The notes beneath the pieces are model-generated. The model saw nothing but the letters and a program-made list of their open reading frames with translations. It was not told where the DNA came from and ran no database searches. 64,000 nt of DNA from a virus, in the IMG/VR virus record IMGVR_UViG_3300032267_001178, positions 8,959 through 72,958 of that record, one strand, 5' to 3'. Below are positions 55,384 to 63,977 of this stretch, piece after piece. Every line of letters starts with the position of its first letter. Position 1 is the stretch's first letter. The position numbers and the translations under genes are program-made.

Positions 55384-55761
55384 ATGAGTCTGGACATTAG
55401 TTTACAAGGACCACCGGTAAAGGTGGATTGCTATTGTTCGTGCGGCGAACATAAACATGAGCGTGAGGAGCCAGCGGAATACTACACCGCCAACCTCACG
55501 CATAATCTCACCGAGATGGCGGCTGAGGCTGGAATCTACGAGATTCTGTGGAGACCGGAAGAGGTTGGAATTACCAAAGCTTCAGAACTAATCGAGCCCT
55601 TGCGCACAGGGCTTGCTACGTTGCTGTCTGATCCGAATAGATTCAAAAAGTTCAATCCGGCGAATGGGTGGGGCGACTACGAATGTCTTGTGAAATTCGT
55701 GCGTGGCTACCTCGCGCATTGTGAAGAAACTCCAAACGCAGAGGTTGTTGTTTGGCGCTAA
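55384..55761 (+). CDS. Hypothetical protein (start at an internal ATG with an upstream AAAGGG).
   Basis: MSLDISLQGPPVKVDCYCSCGEHKHE... Confidence 0.35.
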   Translation: MSLDISLQGPPVKVDCYCSCGEHKHEREEPAEYYTANLTHNLTEMAAEAGIYEILWRPEEVGITKASELIEPLRTGLATLLSDPNRFKKFNPANGWGDYECLVKFVRGYLAHCEETPNAEVVVWR

Positions 55762-55876
55762 CGAACCAAATGAATGATACGCCAACACCAGAGATGGAAA
55801 GGGTAATCGCCAAAATAGGCGATTAAAACGAGTAATTTCAGATTACTCGCAGAGTATGACGAATTAGCAATTATGA

Positions 55877-56551
55877 GTGGAGGATATGAGTAACGAAATG
55901 AGTGATACACCGAGAACCCAAAAAGCATACGCTTTGAGTCTCGACGATACCGGCGCGGTGACGCGCATGGAGCCTATCTGGGATGAGATGCAAGCCCTTG
56001 AGCACCAACTGAATGAAACGAACAAAAAGCTTGAAGAAACAGAGATCGCACGATGGAACCTCGCTGGGTTGTATCAAGCCGCGATCCAATCGCATGCAGC
56101 GACCAGAAAACAACTCGAAACAATTACGCAAATGAAAGAACAAAACGAAGAACTATTACAAGCCGCGCTAAAGCTCGTGGAATCTATTAAGCCATATTCC
56201 CTCAGTGAAGAGGAACGCGCACTTATCGAGGTTATTGAGCAACACCGCCCTCACCAAATCCAAGCAATCCAAACAACTATGAACAAAGAACAAATGCGAT
56301 TCCAGGCGGCGGCAATGGCGATGCAGGGGCTTTCGAGCAACTATCAATGGGGTGTGAATCGAATGAAGTCTCTAAAGCCTGACGAAAATCTAGAGGCTGC
56401 AATTGCTGGCGATTCTATCGAACTTGCCGACGCCCTCCTATCCGCCCTGTACCCAACTGGTAAGGACAAGCACGGCTATTGCGATCCATGCACGGGCGCG
56501 GACATGGAAGATGGTCCCGGCGAAATGCTCGCGAGTATCACCCCTAAATGA
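55877..56551 (+). CDS. Hypothetical coiled-coil protein.
   Basis: 224 aa, heptad-rich; QLNETNKKLEETEIARWNLAGLYQAAIQSHAATRKQLETITQMKEQNEELLQ. Confidence 0.4.
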   Translation: MEDMSNEMSDTPRTQKAYALSLDDTGAVTRMEPIWDEMQALEHQLNETNKKLEETEIARWNLAGLYQAAIQSHAATRKQLETITQMKEQNEELLQAALKLVESIKPYSLSEEERALIEVIEQHRPHQIQAIQTTMNKEQMRFQAAAMAMQGLSSNYQWGVNRMKSLKPDENLEAAIAGDSIELADALLSALYPTGKDKHGYCDPCTGADMEDGPGEMLASITPK

Positions 56552-56695
56552 AATTTTCTTCAAAGAAGCTTTTTCTTAAACGAGAAAACCCTCTCTGAGA
56601 GGAAAACGATCTACAAACCGCCCCCAGGATGGGGAGTACTATTCAGAACATATTTACCCACACAATCACACCAACATTTCTAATCCTACCCAATT

Positions 56696-56890
56696 ATGAG
56701 AGTAAACGAATACAAGATCATCTCCGAGGCCGTTGAGCGCGGAGTCAACTGGGGCTTTATCAGGGCCACCAAATATGCAGAAGCGCCGTCTTTAGACGCT
56801 CAAAAAGACGAGATTGTAAAAGCAGTCATGCTTGAGATCTGCGACAATTTCATTTTTTCTGATATTCCGGAACAAGCCGAGCAAGAGTAA
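56696..56890 (+). CDS. Small hypothetical protein.
   Basis: 64-aa ORF. Confidence 0.3.
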   Translation: MRVNEYKIISEAVERGVNWGFIRATKYAEAPSLDAQKDEIVKAVMLEICDNFIFSDIPEQAEQE

Positions 56891-56939
56891 ATGAGATGGT
56901 TAAAGAACCTAGCAACGAGCACAAAATAAGAACCACCCC

Positions 56940-57128
56940 ATGGATAAGGAGTTAGAGCGCGCTATTAAGGAAGTGATTGAGGCCACAGAAGCGGCCGCCG
57001 GATGGGCGTCCCGGGAAACACGCCTGGACACCATGGAGCTTTTCTGTGCAGTGTATCAGCTGAAACGTGTTTACGAGCGGTTTATCAAAGACCCTCCTAA
57101 AACAAAAAGAAATAGGAAAATAGCTTAG
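56940..57128 (+). CDS. Small hypothetical protein.
   Basis: 62-aa ORF. Confidence 0.3.
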   Translation: MDKELERAIKEVIEATEAAAGWASRETRLDTMELFCAVYQLKRVYERFIKDPPKTKRNRKIA

Positions 57129-57290
57129 CACCGTAGGTGCAGTATGATCAAAGTATCTACAATGTAATACGGCCGACCTTTGCTAGCGCACATAAACAGA
57201 AAATAAACCTATTTAAAGTTTGTGTTGTTTGCGGTGGTTTTATAAGCCGAGCAGGATTAACTTGCGGCTGCAAACCCCCAACTAATTTGC

Positions 57291-57662
57291 GTGAAAGCTA
57301 TACCACCTACCCCATCTGCGCGTGTGTTTGTGGAAGCCTTTAAGAAAACGCAAAAGCTTCTAGGGATCACCCACTATCGTGTGCGTTTCGAGTCTGACCC
57401 AAAAATGGTTAGTTACGCCTCGATCAGTCGGGATGCCGAGGCATGTACCGCCTACGTGTGCTACAACATTAAGTTAATGCAGCAAGACAATGTTGTGTTT
57501 TCCACTGCGGTGCACGAGGCGTTACACATGTTGTTGTACGACTTACGATGGGCACAGCAATCTGCCTCAGACCATGTCGCTGACGTGGAAGATGAGCGCA
57601 TCGTAAGCAGACTAGAACCTTTAATCATGAAAGCTATTTTCCCGCAAGAAGAGGGTACGTGA
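57291..57662 (+). CDS. HExxH-motif protein, a candidate zinc metallopeptidase.
   Basis: STAVHEALHMLLYDLRW. Confidence 0.35.
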   Translation: MKAIPPTPSARVFVEAFKKTQKLLGITHYRVRFESDPKMVSYASISRDAEACTAYVCYNIKLMQQDNVVFSTAVHEALHMLLYDLRWAQQSASDHVADVEDERIVSRLEPLIMKAIFPQEEGT

Positions 57663-57665
57663 AGT

Positions 57666-57860
57666 ATGACCAAACAAGATACCCCACCCTGCCCGGACGT
57701 TTTGCATGCTAAAATTAGTGAGGCTTACGCGTTACTCGTGGATGCCTCTACGATCTCCGTGCTCACCAAGCATGAGAGTGCAGAAGAATTATTTGACGCA
57801 ATTGACTGTCTGAAAGCCGCTTTTGTGTGGCTACAAAAACCTATAAAAAACAATGGCTAA
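57666..57860 (+). CDS. Small hypothetical protein.
   Basis: 64-aa ORF. Confidence 0.3.
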   Translation: MTKQDTPPCPDVLHAKISEAYALLVDASTISVLTKHESAEELFDAIDCLKAAFVWLQKPIKNNG

Positions 57861-58230
57861 TTACTACTGTGAAGGTTCCGGTGTACTGGAACTGCCTAAA
57901 GATAAGATCGAACAGGCTAAGGAAATTATTGCACGAGTATCCGAGGAGCTCGAAGAGGAAGACGGGTTCTTGGGAGTAGATATTGTGGTTGAAGAGGAAG
58001 GTATATGGTTTCGTCACGAAGAGAGTTTAATGCCCTCGCATGTGGAGCGTATAGCCTCCTGCCTATTAGATGAGCTGGAGATCGACGAGCCCTTCTACTT
58101 CACGTGGGCCGAAACTTGTTCTAAGCGCCGCGTGGACTCTTTCTCCGGTGGTGGCTTCGCTGTTAAACGCGGGCACGACTCGCATTGGGTACATGCATCC
58201 TCCGTGCGGGATCATGTGTTTGAAAGTTGA
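57853..58230 (+). CDS. Hypothetical acidic protein.
   Basis: 125-aa ORF. Confidence 0.35.
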   Translation: MANYYCEGSGVLELPKDKIEQAKEIIARVSEELEEEDGFLGVDIVVEEEGIWFRHEESLMPSHVERIASCLLDELEIDEPFYFTWAETCSKRRVDSFSGGGFAVKRGHDSHWVHASSVRDHVFES

Positions 58231-58245
58231 ATACAATAATCTGTT

Positions 58246-58593
58246 ATGAATCGCATTGTAAATGAACTTACCAGGGCTTCCCTCAAGAAAGCTCATGTAG
58301 AAAATATGTTTCCTTCTGTCCCGTTTCATGTGATCAACGTCTATGATGACCTGGTCGCACACCCAGAAGGTGCTACTACTGCCCAGATCGCGAAGCGGCT
58401 CGGTGTTAGTGGCTCTGAAGTACGCAGAGGCGCGGAAACCTTGGCTTACGCTCTGGTTACTTACGCTCCGGACGCAGACGATAAACTTGCGCTTGTGAAA
58501 ACACGCGTCAGAGGACCCAGGAATGGTGGTATGTGGACCACGCATTACAAAATCAAAATATCAGAATCCTGCATGGCAGCGTTGACCTCATGA
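58246..58593 (+). CDS. Winged-helix / HTH DNA-binding protein candidate.
   Basis: GATTAQIAKRLGVSGSEVRRGAETLAYALV helix-turn-helix-like segment. Confidence 0.4.
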   Translation: MNRIVNELTRASLKKAHVENMFPSVPFHVINVYDDLVAHPEGATTAQIAKRLGVSGSEVRRGAETLAYALVTYAPDADDKLALVKTRVRGPRNGGMWTTHYKIKISESCMAALTS

Positions 58594-59015
58594 AATTTCT
58601 AAACCCAGTAATTGCTGCCAGTGTGTTGTTCCTTGGGGCCTGTACTCATCGTACTGGTGTACATCACGCAGAGCATGGGGTGGCTTCCTGGTACTCCACC
58701 GCAACCAACGGGCCGACTCCTACGGCGACTGCTAGCGGTGTACCTCTTCGGAATGAAGCTATGACGGCAGCGCACAAAACACTACCCATGGGTACCCGGG
58801 TGCGCGTGTACTGCCTTCGGACAGGTAAAAAAATAGACGTAACGATCACGGATCGCGGACCCTACATCCGGGGACGCATCATTGATCTTACGCCTGCGGG
58901 AGCTAAGGCGCTCGGTTTTTACCACCGAGGGATCACCAATGTAAGGATTGAAGTCGCAAGTGAATCTAAAGCTCGCGGCTCGATATTCTCAACTCCTCCC
59001 CCGTATGGAAACTGA
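58590..59015 (+). CDS. RlpA-like double-psi beta-barrel lipoprotein (a lytic transglycosylase-like cell-wall protein).
   Basis: Signal peptide and lipobox MKFLNPVIAASVLFLGAC, then ASWYSTATNG...TASG...MTAAHKTLPMGTRVRV..GKKIDVTITDRGPYIRGRIIDLTPAGAKALG matching the RlpA DPBB pattern. Confidence 0.65.
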   Translation: MKFLNPVIAASVLFLGACTHRTGVHHAEHGVASWYSTATNGPTPTATASGVPLRNEAMTAAHKTLPMGTRVRVYCLRTGKKIDVTITDRGPYIRGRIIDLTPAGAKALGFYHRGITNVRIEVASESKARGSIFSTPPPYGN

Positions 59016-59074
59016 ATGGTACTATTTTTGGTGCTCCCTTATGGGTAACTGTTATTATGGTGGTAGTCTAGCTT

Positions 59075-59293
59075 ATGAAAGAGCTCAAGAGGATCGCCTC
59101 GCTTATGTCAAAGCGGGGCACAAGGTGGGTGAAATTCTGCACAAGACTTAAAAACGTCGCGCTCACCTACCTGCTGTTCCTGGCAGGTGTGACAGCTATT
59201 ATTTCTACTGGCTGCACTCTTGTCGGCGTGTCTTTTGCGTACCACACCTTAAAGTTAAGGCTTGGTACGCCACGACATCGAAAAATTCTGTGA
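59075..59293 (+). CDS. Small membrane protein.
   Basis: VALTYLLFLAGVTAIISTGCTLVGVSFAY. Confidence 0.3.
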   Translation: MKELKRIASLMSKRGTRWVKFCTRLKNVALTYLLFLAGVTAIISTGCTLVGVSFAYHTLKLRLGTPRHRKIL

Positions 59294-59334
59294 TGTGACT
59301 TGATCTGCGTACGGGCTGTTGTAAGTATCCAAGC

Positions 59335-59736
59335 ATGAAAAATCCTATAAGCGAATGGTTGGACGATTACGCAGACCGTATGGAGGTCAGTCTTTATTGC
59401 ATGGAACCGCGAAGCGTTTACGACTCCGCAGTTGTCGGCGTTGTAAACGAGCAAGTGGTTTATGACCGCAACATGGTAATTAGTATTCTAATGAGAGACA
59501 TGGAAATGGACGAAGCTGAAGAGTTTCACTACACGAATCAAGACTCAATGGGACTCTTTGGGTTCCTGGACCGCCCTGCCAGCATCTTCGATGATGAGCA
59601 AATGGGTGGTATCCCGTTGGACGACATTGAGTCTAGTCTGAACGTTATGCTTGGTATTTCTCCTGCTGTGGACGCCGTACAAGCTCTCAGCAAGTTGGAA
59701 AGCAAGGCCATCGATGTTGACACATCGCTGAACTGA
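59335..59736 (+). CDS. Hypothetical acidic protein.
   Basis: 133-aa ORF. Confidence 0.4.
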   Translation: MKNPISEWLDDYADRMEVSLYCMEPRSVYDSAVVGVVNEQVVYDRNMVISILMRDMEMDEAEEFHYTNQDSMGLFGFLDRPASIFDDEQMGGIPLDDIESSLNVMLGISPAVDAVQALSKLESKAIDVDTSLN

Positions 59737-59806
59737 CACCGGCAACCCATAGTGGTTGCGGGTTATATATTATTGGTGAGGCTTATCGGCTATCACCTGT
59801 TAGACG

Positions 59807-59840
59807 CGGAGCGCATGTCCAAAGTGCGCTCCGTTTTTTT
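59807..59840 (+). terminator. Rho-independent terminator.
   Basis: CGGAGCGCA-tgtccaaag-TGCGCTCCG followed by TTTTTTT. Confidence 0.8.
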
Positions 59841-59851
59841 ATCTGTACAGA

Positions 59852-60193
59852 ATGAAAATTGAAAATCTGCGAAAGCAGCATCACAAAGCAAACAGCAAAT
59901 TGTGCCGCAGTAGGCACTTGTTCTATTCCATGTATTATGGAGACCTGATCCGGTTTATCGGTAACAATAAAGATTCGACCAAGCGCATGTTAGCCCTTGC
60001 GATCTTTATGCGTACGAAAGGCTTATATGCCGCTTCCAGTTCGTACGCGAGCATTACCATGTCGGTTGCTCGTAATCTGGCGCGCGTGCGCGAGGAGCGT
60101 ACCGGTAAGAGCCAGGACCTGTGGGTAATATTCCACGAGTCCCGGGTGGATAGGACGGTTATGGAGTTCAGGAAAAGCAAGCAAGCTGCTTAA
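59852..60193 (+). CDS. Hypothetical basic protein.
   Basis: 113-aa ORF. Confidence 0.4.
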   Translation: MKIENLRKQHHKANSKLCRSRHLFYSMYYGDLIRFIGNNKDSTKRMLALAIFMRTKGLYAASSSYASITMSVARNLARVREERTGKSQDLWVIFHESRVDRTVMEFRKSKQAA

Positions 60194-60237
60194 GTAACGG
60201 CTTAAAAGTGTTTGCTATCCGCGATATTGTTTGTCTA

Positions 60238-60268
60238 GTTTGGGCGCCTGGCCATCCCAGGCGCCCAA
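60238..60268. promoter_or_regulatory. Perfect 13-bp inverted repeat (hairpin or palindromic operator) with no T-tract.
   Basis: TTTGGGCGCCTGG-ccatc-CCAGGCGCCCAAA. Confidence 0.5.
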
Positions 60269-60295
60269 ACACCTACAACCGTAATAAAGTTTGAA

Positions 60296-61555
60296 ATGCA
60301 CGATGCGTATTTATGGTTTAACAACCAACTCCAAAACAACGACGTTTTTTCTGGTGTAATCGGGGGCTCCGTGGCAGCCAGTCTACTTTTCAGTTTACGT
60401 TCGTTACCTTACCAAATGTTCCTCGGACTCCGGTGGATTTTTTTTAGGTTTTGTACAGTTGAAGTGACTCTTACCAACGCAGATCTGCACCAATACACTT
60501 TAATCGTTAGTTGGCTAAATACCGTCGTTGGCGACAACAGTAACAAAGTTCATTTAGACTTCGCCTTACAGGGGAGTAATTCGGGGGTTGATCCCGATGA
60601 GGATTTCGTACATGCGCATGTACGCTCAAACGCAGTCACTACGTTGGGATACGGCTCTTTCGGCTTTTGGTATAAAGGTATATACGTTCGGGTTAACCGT
60701 AGCAGGGAAGAAGACAAGACAGGCGCCGAGCTTCGCAAGTCGGAAATTCTAAAGCTACGTTTCTGGACGCGAAAGCGCAATGTACTGGAGGATATCATTG
60801 CTGCCTCTAAAGCCGACGCACCTCCCCGTATTTACATCTCCAAACCTTGGGGCGCGTGGAGTGCCAGCAATTTACTAACTACCCGTAGCATTGATACGGT
60901 AATTCTACCTGCGGAGCAGAAGAGCCGCATTTTGAAGGACCTAGAGTGGTTCTTCGAAAACAAAAATTTCTACAACCAGCTGGGGCTATCCTGCTCACGC
61001 GGGTATTTGTTTTATGGGCCGCCCGGAACAGGTAAGACCACGTTAGTGCGGTCCCTGGCGTCGTATTTCAAGAAGAACTTGTTTGTGATCTCACTGGCCG
61101 ACGTGGATAGTGATTCTAGCTTGTTGCAGTTGGTGGTAGCAGCTCAGGCCGGAAGTTTCATCGTCATCGACGACATTGACTTACAAGGCGTGGTTACAAA
61201 TCGCGATGCGGATACTTCCACCTCGAATGGTGCAGGCCCTCGTAAGGTGACACTTGGCGGATTGTTACAGGTACTGGACGGTATCCATGCAGGATCCGAT
61301 CATGTCATATTCTTAGTTACCAATCGTCCAGAAGCGCTAGACTCTGCGCTAATACGCCCTGGCCGCATTGATCTATGCGAGAAGATCGATCTCCTGTCCC
61401 GGGAGGATGGTGATACGATGGCTAGCGCTTATTTTGATGTATCGTATGTTCCCTGCTTGGATGCTCTCACCTTTCCGACCTCCGGCGCAGAGATCGAACA
61501 AGTCTTACTGCAAGAATTTAAAAACAGAGGAGTTTCTAGAAATGAGGTCATTTGA
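60296..61555 (+). CDS. AAA+ ATPase, BCS1-like, with an N-terminal transmembrane segment.
   Basis: VFSGVIGGSVAASLLFSL (TM); Walker A LFYGPPGTGKTT; Walker B SFIVIDDID; second region of homology VTNRPEALDSALIRPGRID. Confidence 0.7.
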   Translation: MHDAYLWFNNQLQNNDVFSGVIGGSVAASLLFSLRSLPYQMFLGLRWIFFRFCTVEVTLTNADLHQYTLIVSWLNTVVGDNSNKVHLDFALQGSNSGVDPDEDFVHAHVRSNAVTTLGYGSFGFWYKGIYVRVNRSREEDKTGAELRKSEILKLRFWTRKRNVLEDIIAASKADAPPRIYISKPWGAWSASNLLTTRSIDTVILPAEQKSRILKDLEWFFENKNFYNQLGLSCSRGYLFYGPPGTGKTTLVRSLASYFKKNLFVISLADVDSDSSLLQLVVAAQAGSFIVIDDIDLQGVVTNRDADTSTSNGAGPRKVTLGGLLQVLDGIHAGSDHVIFLVTNRPEALDSALIRPGRIDLCEKIDLLSREDGDTMASAYFDVSYVPCLDALTFPTSGAEIEQVLLQEFKNRGVSRNEVI

Positions 61556-61934
61556 AGAATTAAAAGCACTACCGCTTCGGCAGTGGTCTCCCCTGGAGAT
61601 GTGTAAGGCCGCCATGGATTGGGGATATCCGGAAGACGAACAATCCAGGATGATTACCCTGCGAGACTTTCTCCCTGGGTTGGAAAAGACACTGGAGGAA
61701 GAGACGCTGGCTTATTCGGATATGAAACGCATTGATTCGCGTGCCTCGTATCTAAAAGAATGGGAGGAGGACCTGGCTACTATGCAGGATTTAATCGCGA
61801 GAGGTATTGCATTTGGGGAAACGCACAATGTGTGGCATTCTGCCGGGCAAACTTGCTCAAAGTGCGGAAATGTACTTTCTAATTTCGAAACCGCAGCGTG
61901 TTCGCGATGTCGTCGTTCCGGATTTCGCGTGTGA
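61542..61934 (+). CDS. Hypothetical protein with a C-terminal zinc ribbon.
   Basis: MRSFEELKALPLRQW...CSKCGNV...CSRCRRS. Confidence 0.4.
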   Translation: MRSFEELKALPLRQWSPLEMCKAAMDWGYPEDEQSRMITLRDFLPGLEKTLEEETLAYSDMKRIDSRASYLKEWEEDLATMQDLIARGIAFGETHNVWHSAGQTCSKCGNVLSNFETAACSRCRRSGFRV

Positions 61935-61958
61935 CGAGACTTTACAGGTTCCTGCAGA

Positions 61959-62936
61959 GTGTTATCATGGGTAATGCTCTCAGAACTAGACGAAAAGAAT
62001 TTGGCGTGGAAACAGATTTGGCTTCTTACGCAAAAAAATGAGGCTGGTGAGTTTGAATACCGCAAAGGCCTTACCTTGGTAGAGCGTCAGGAGATAATCG
62101 ACGTCCTCAGAGATTTCCTGGATTACACGCGTTCTATAGAAGTAGCTACTACAGGAAAAGTCCTTGGTCCCGCGGACTCTACGTCCACTGAGGCTAAAGA
62201 CGATGGTGAAACGCAAGATCAGCCTTCCACGCTACAGATACACGATCCTAAGAGCTATAGCTTTGACGAGAAGCATCTTTGGATTCCTTGGGCCAAGTCC
62301 TTACAGTCCGGAGCTAAGCGTGGCAGTTACCCTAAGAAATATCCCGCAGGGTTGGTGCTGCATTGGACGGCAGGGCATCGTAACGGGCTTGAGGCAGGCA
62401 ATGAAGTCATGCGCAATACCGGTATGTTGTATCTGCTCGGCGACAAAGATGGTAACATCGGACAGTCCGACTCATTGGCCTACCACGGCTACCATGCAGG
62501 GGTATCGTCGCACAAATTCGCAAATGGTTATGTCAGCGATGAATGGGTGGGCTTGGAGCTACAAGCCGCCGGAACCCTTAGCAAGGTAGGCGATCAGTAC
62601 ATTCCCTGGTTTAAGAAACCAGTTCCAGCAGAAGAAGTAGTGTACTCCGCCAAGCGTGAGAACATTAGCGCAGGTTACTACCACCGCTACACCTACGAGC
62701 AGATGTTGGCGACCAGAAAGCTTGTTTGCTGGCTGCACCTTAATAATCCTTCCGTATTCTCGATCGATCGGGTTTGCGGACACGACGAAGTATCTCCCGG
62801 CCGCAAAACGGATCCTGGGGCATCCGTGTTCGCTTATACGGCACCCAACTCTACTGCGGGTAAGGTGATGACGATGTCAGAGTTTAGGACTTTATGTAAG
62901 AGTGACGTCGCAAAGATTTTGGCCTCTAGGAAATAA
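61959..62936 (+). CDS. N-acetylmuramoyl-L-alanine amidase (Amidase_2 / PGRP-type) endolysin.
   Basis: PAGLVLHWTAGH...AYHGYHAG...WVGLEL is typical of zinc-amidase Amidase_2 motifs (T7 lysozyme family). Confidence 0.65.
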   Translation: MLSWVMLSELDEKNLAWKQIWLLTQKNEAGEFEYRKGLTLVERQEIIDVLRDFLDYTRSIEVATTGKVLGPADSTSTEAKDDGETQDQPSTLQIHDPKSYSFDEKHLWIPWAKSLQSGAKRGSYPKKYPAGLVLHWTAGHRNGLEAGNEVMRNTGMLYLLGDKDGNIGQSDSLAYHGYHAGVSSHKFANGYVSDEWVGLELQAAGTLSKVGDQYIPWFKKPVPAEEVVYSAKRENISAGYYHRYTYEQMLATRKLVCWLHLNNPSVFSIDRVCGHDEVSPGRKTDPGASVFAYTAPNSTAGKVMTMSEFRTLCKSDVAKILASRK

Positions 62937-62952
62937 ACCAGTATGAAATTGT

Positions 62953-63681
62953 ATGGGAACGCTTGCGCATTACATCATTGAGATACTTAGATTTTCCTGG
63001 CAGTGGGTGTATTTGTTTAGCCCGATCAAACTGATAATTGTTCGACAGGGCGAACTGGGCTTTCGCCGCACACTCGGCAAGCCCGGGAAGAATCTTGATG
63101 TTAACGGGAGATTTAGGGGTCTTTACTTTGCTACCACAGGACAAACTCTGGATGCGACTTACGCCCTGAATAGGAAAGCGGACATTGGTCCTGTCTCTGT
63201 ACCTTTGAAGGAATGCATTCCTATCGAAGCGTGGGCTGTCTTAGTCTTCGATATTGAAGACGTTGCTGCCTGGGCTAGTAATTGCGCAGACCCTTCTTGG
63301 CTCATAGGAGAGCTTCAGGAAGCGGAACTCCGCGAAGCCCTCATGCGCCACACATACGAAGAGTTAGCGGCAAACATGTACGGCGTTGAGCAAGAGGCAA
63401 TGCGGCAGGCACAGCAAAGAATTGATGATTTACAATTGGGCGTGCGGATTAAAAGTCTACGCCTTAAACTTTTACAGATTCAGGATAGTACCGCTCAGAA
63501 TGCTTTGATGTTGCCTCGTTTAGCTTCGGCTATGCAAGCAATTCCTGCGCAATTGACCGACCATAAAAACTTCGCTTCCATGGTTGGTTTACTAGTGGGG
63601 GCTAAGCCGGTCGTAACCATGAGCTCCTATTCCGGCTACGCGGTCAACGACGCGCAGCAAGATATAGCAAAGGCTAAATAG
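62953..63681 (+). CDS. Hypothetical protein.
   Basis: 242-aa ORF. Confidence 0.4.
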   Translation: MGTLAHYIIEILRFSWQWVYLFSPIKLIIVRQGELGFRRTLGKPGKNLDVNGRFRGLYFATTGQTLDATYALNRKADIGPVSVPLKECIPIEAWAVLVFDIEDVAAWASNCADPSWLIGELQEAELREALMRHTYEELAANMYGVEQEAMRQAQQRIDDLQLGVRIKSLRLKLLQIQDSTAQNALMLPRLASAMQAIPAQLTDHKNFASMVGLLVGAKPVVTMSSYSGYAVNDAQQDIAKAK

Positions 63682-63706
63682 AAAGCCTTTTCGCTTAATT
63701 TTCTTC

Positions 63707-63783
63707 GCACCCTTAGCTCAATCGGATAGAGCAACGGATTTCTAATCCGTAGGTTGTGGGTTCGAATCCCGCAGGGTGTGCCA
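63707..63783 (+). tRNA. tRNA-Arg (anticodon UCU) with encoded CCA.
   Basis: Cloverleaf: acceptor GCACCCT/AGGGTGT; D-arm GCTC..GAGC; anticodon stem ACGGA/TCCGT with loop TTTCTAA (anticodon TCT at 63741-63743); T-arm GTGGG-TTCGAAT-CCCGC; 3' GCCA. Confidence 0.8.
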
Positions 63784-63803
63784 CTCTTAACAGAAACAAA
63801 CAA

Positions 63804-63962
63804 ATGAACTATTCAGATAAATTCTGTTTTATTCAAAAGAAAGAAGATACCTGGATTGTTTCCATGTATCAACGCGAAGGCAACGCGGCCAAACTAATCA
63901 AAGAGATTTCCACCTCTTCGGAAGATGAAGCCCGTAAAGCTAAAGAAGAGTTCCTTCAATAA
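63804..63962 (+). CDS. Small hypothetical protein between the tRNAs.
   Basis: MNYSDKFCFIQKKEDTWIVSMYQREGNAAKLIKEISTSSEDEARKAKEEFLQ. The track start at 63756 lies inside the tRNA. Confidence 0.3.
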   Translation: MNYSDKFCFIQKKEDTWIVSMYQREGNAAKLIKEISTSSEDEARKAKEEFLQ

Positions 63963-63977
63963 GAAACGCCTTTTAAA

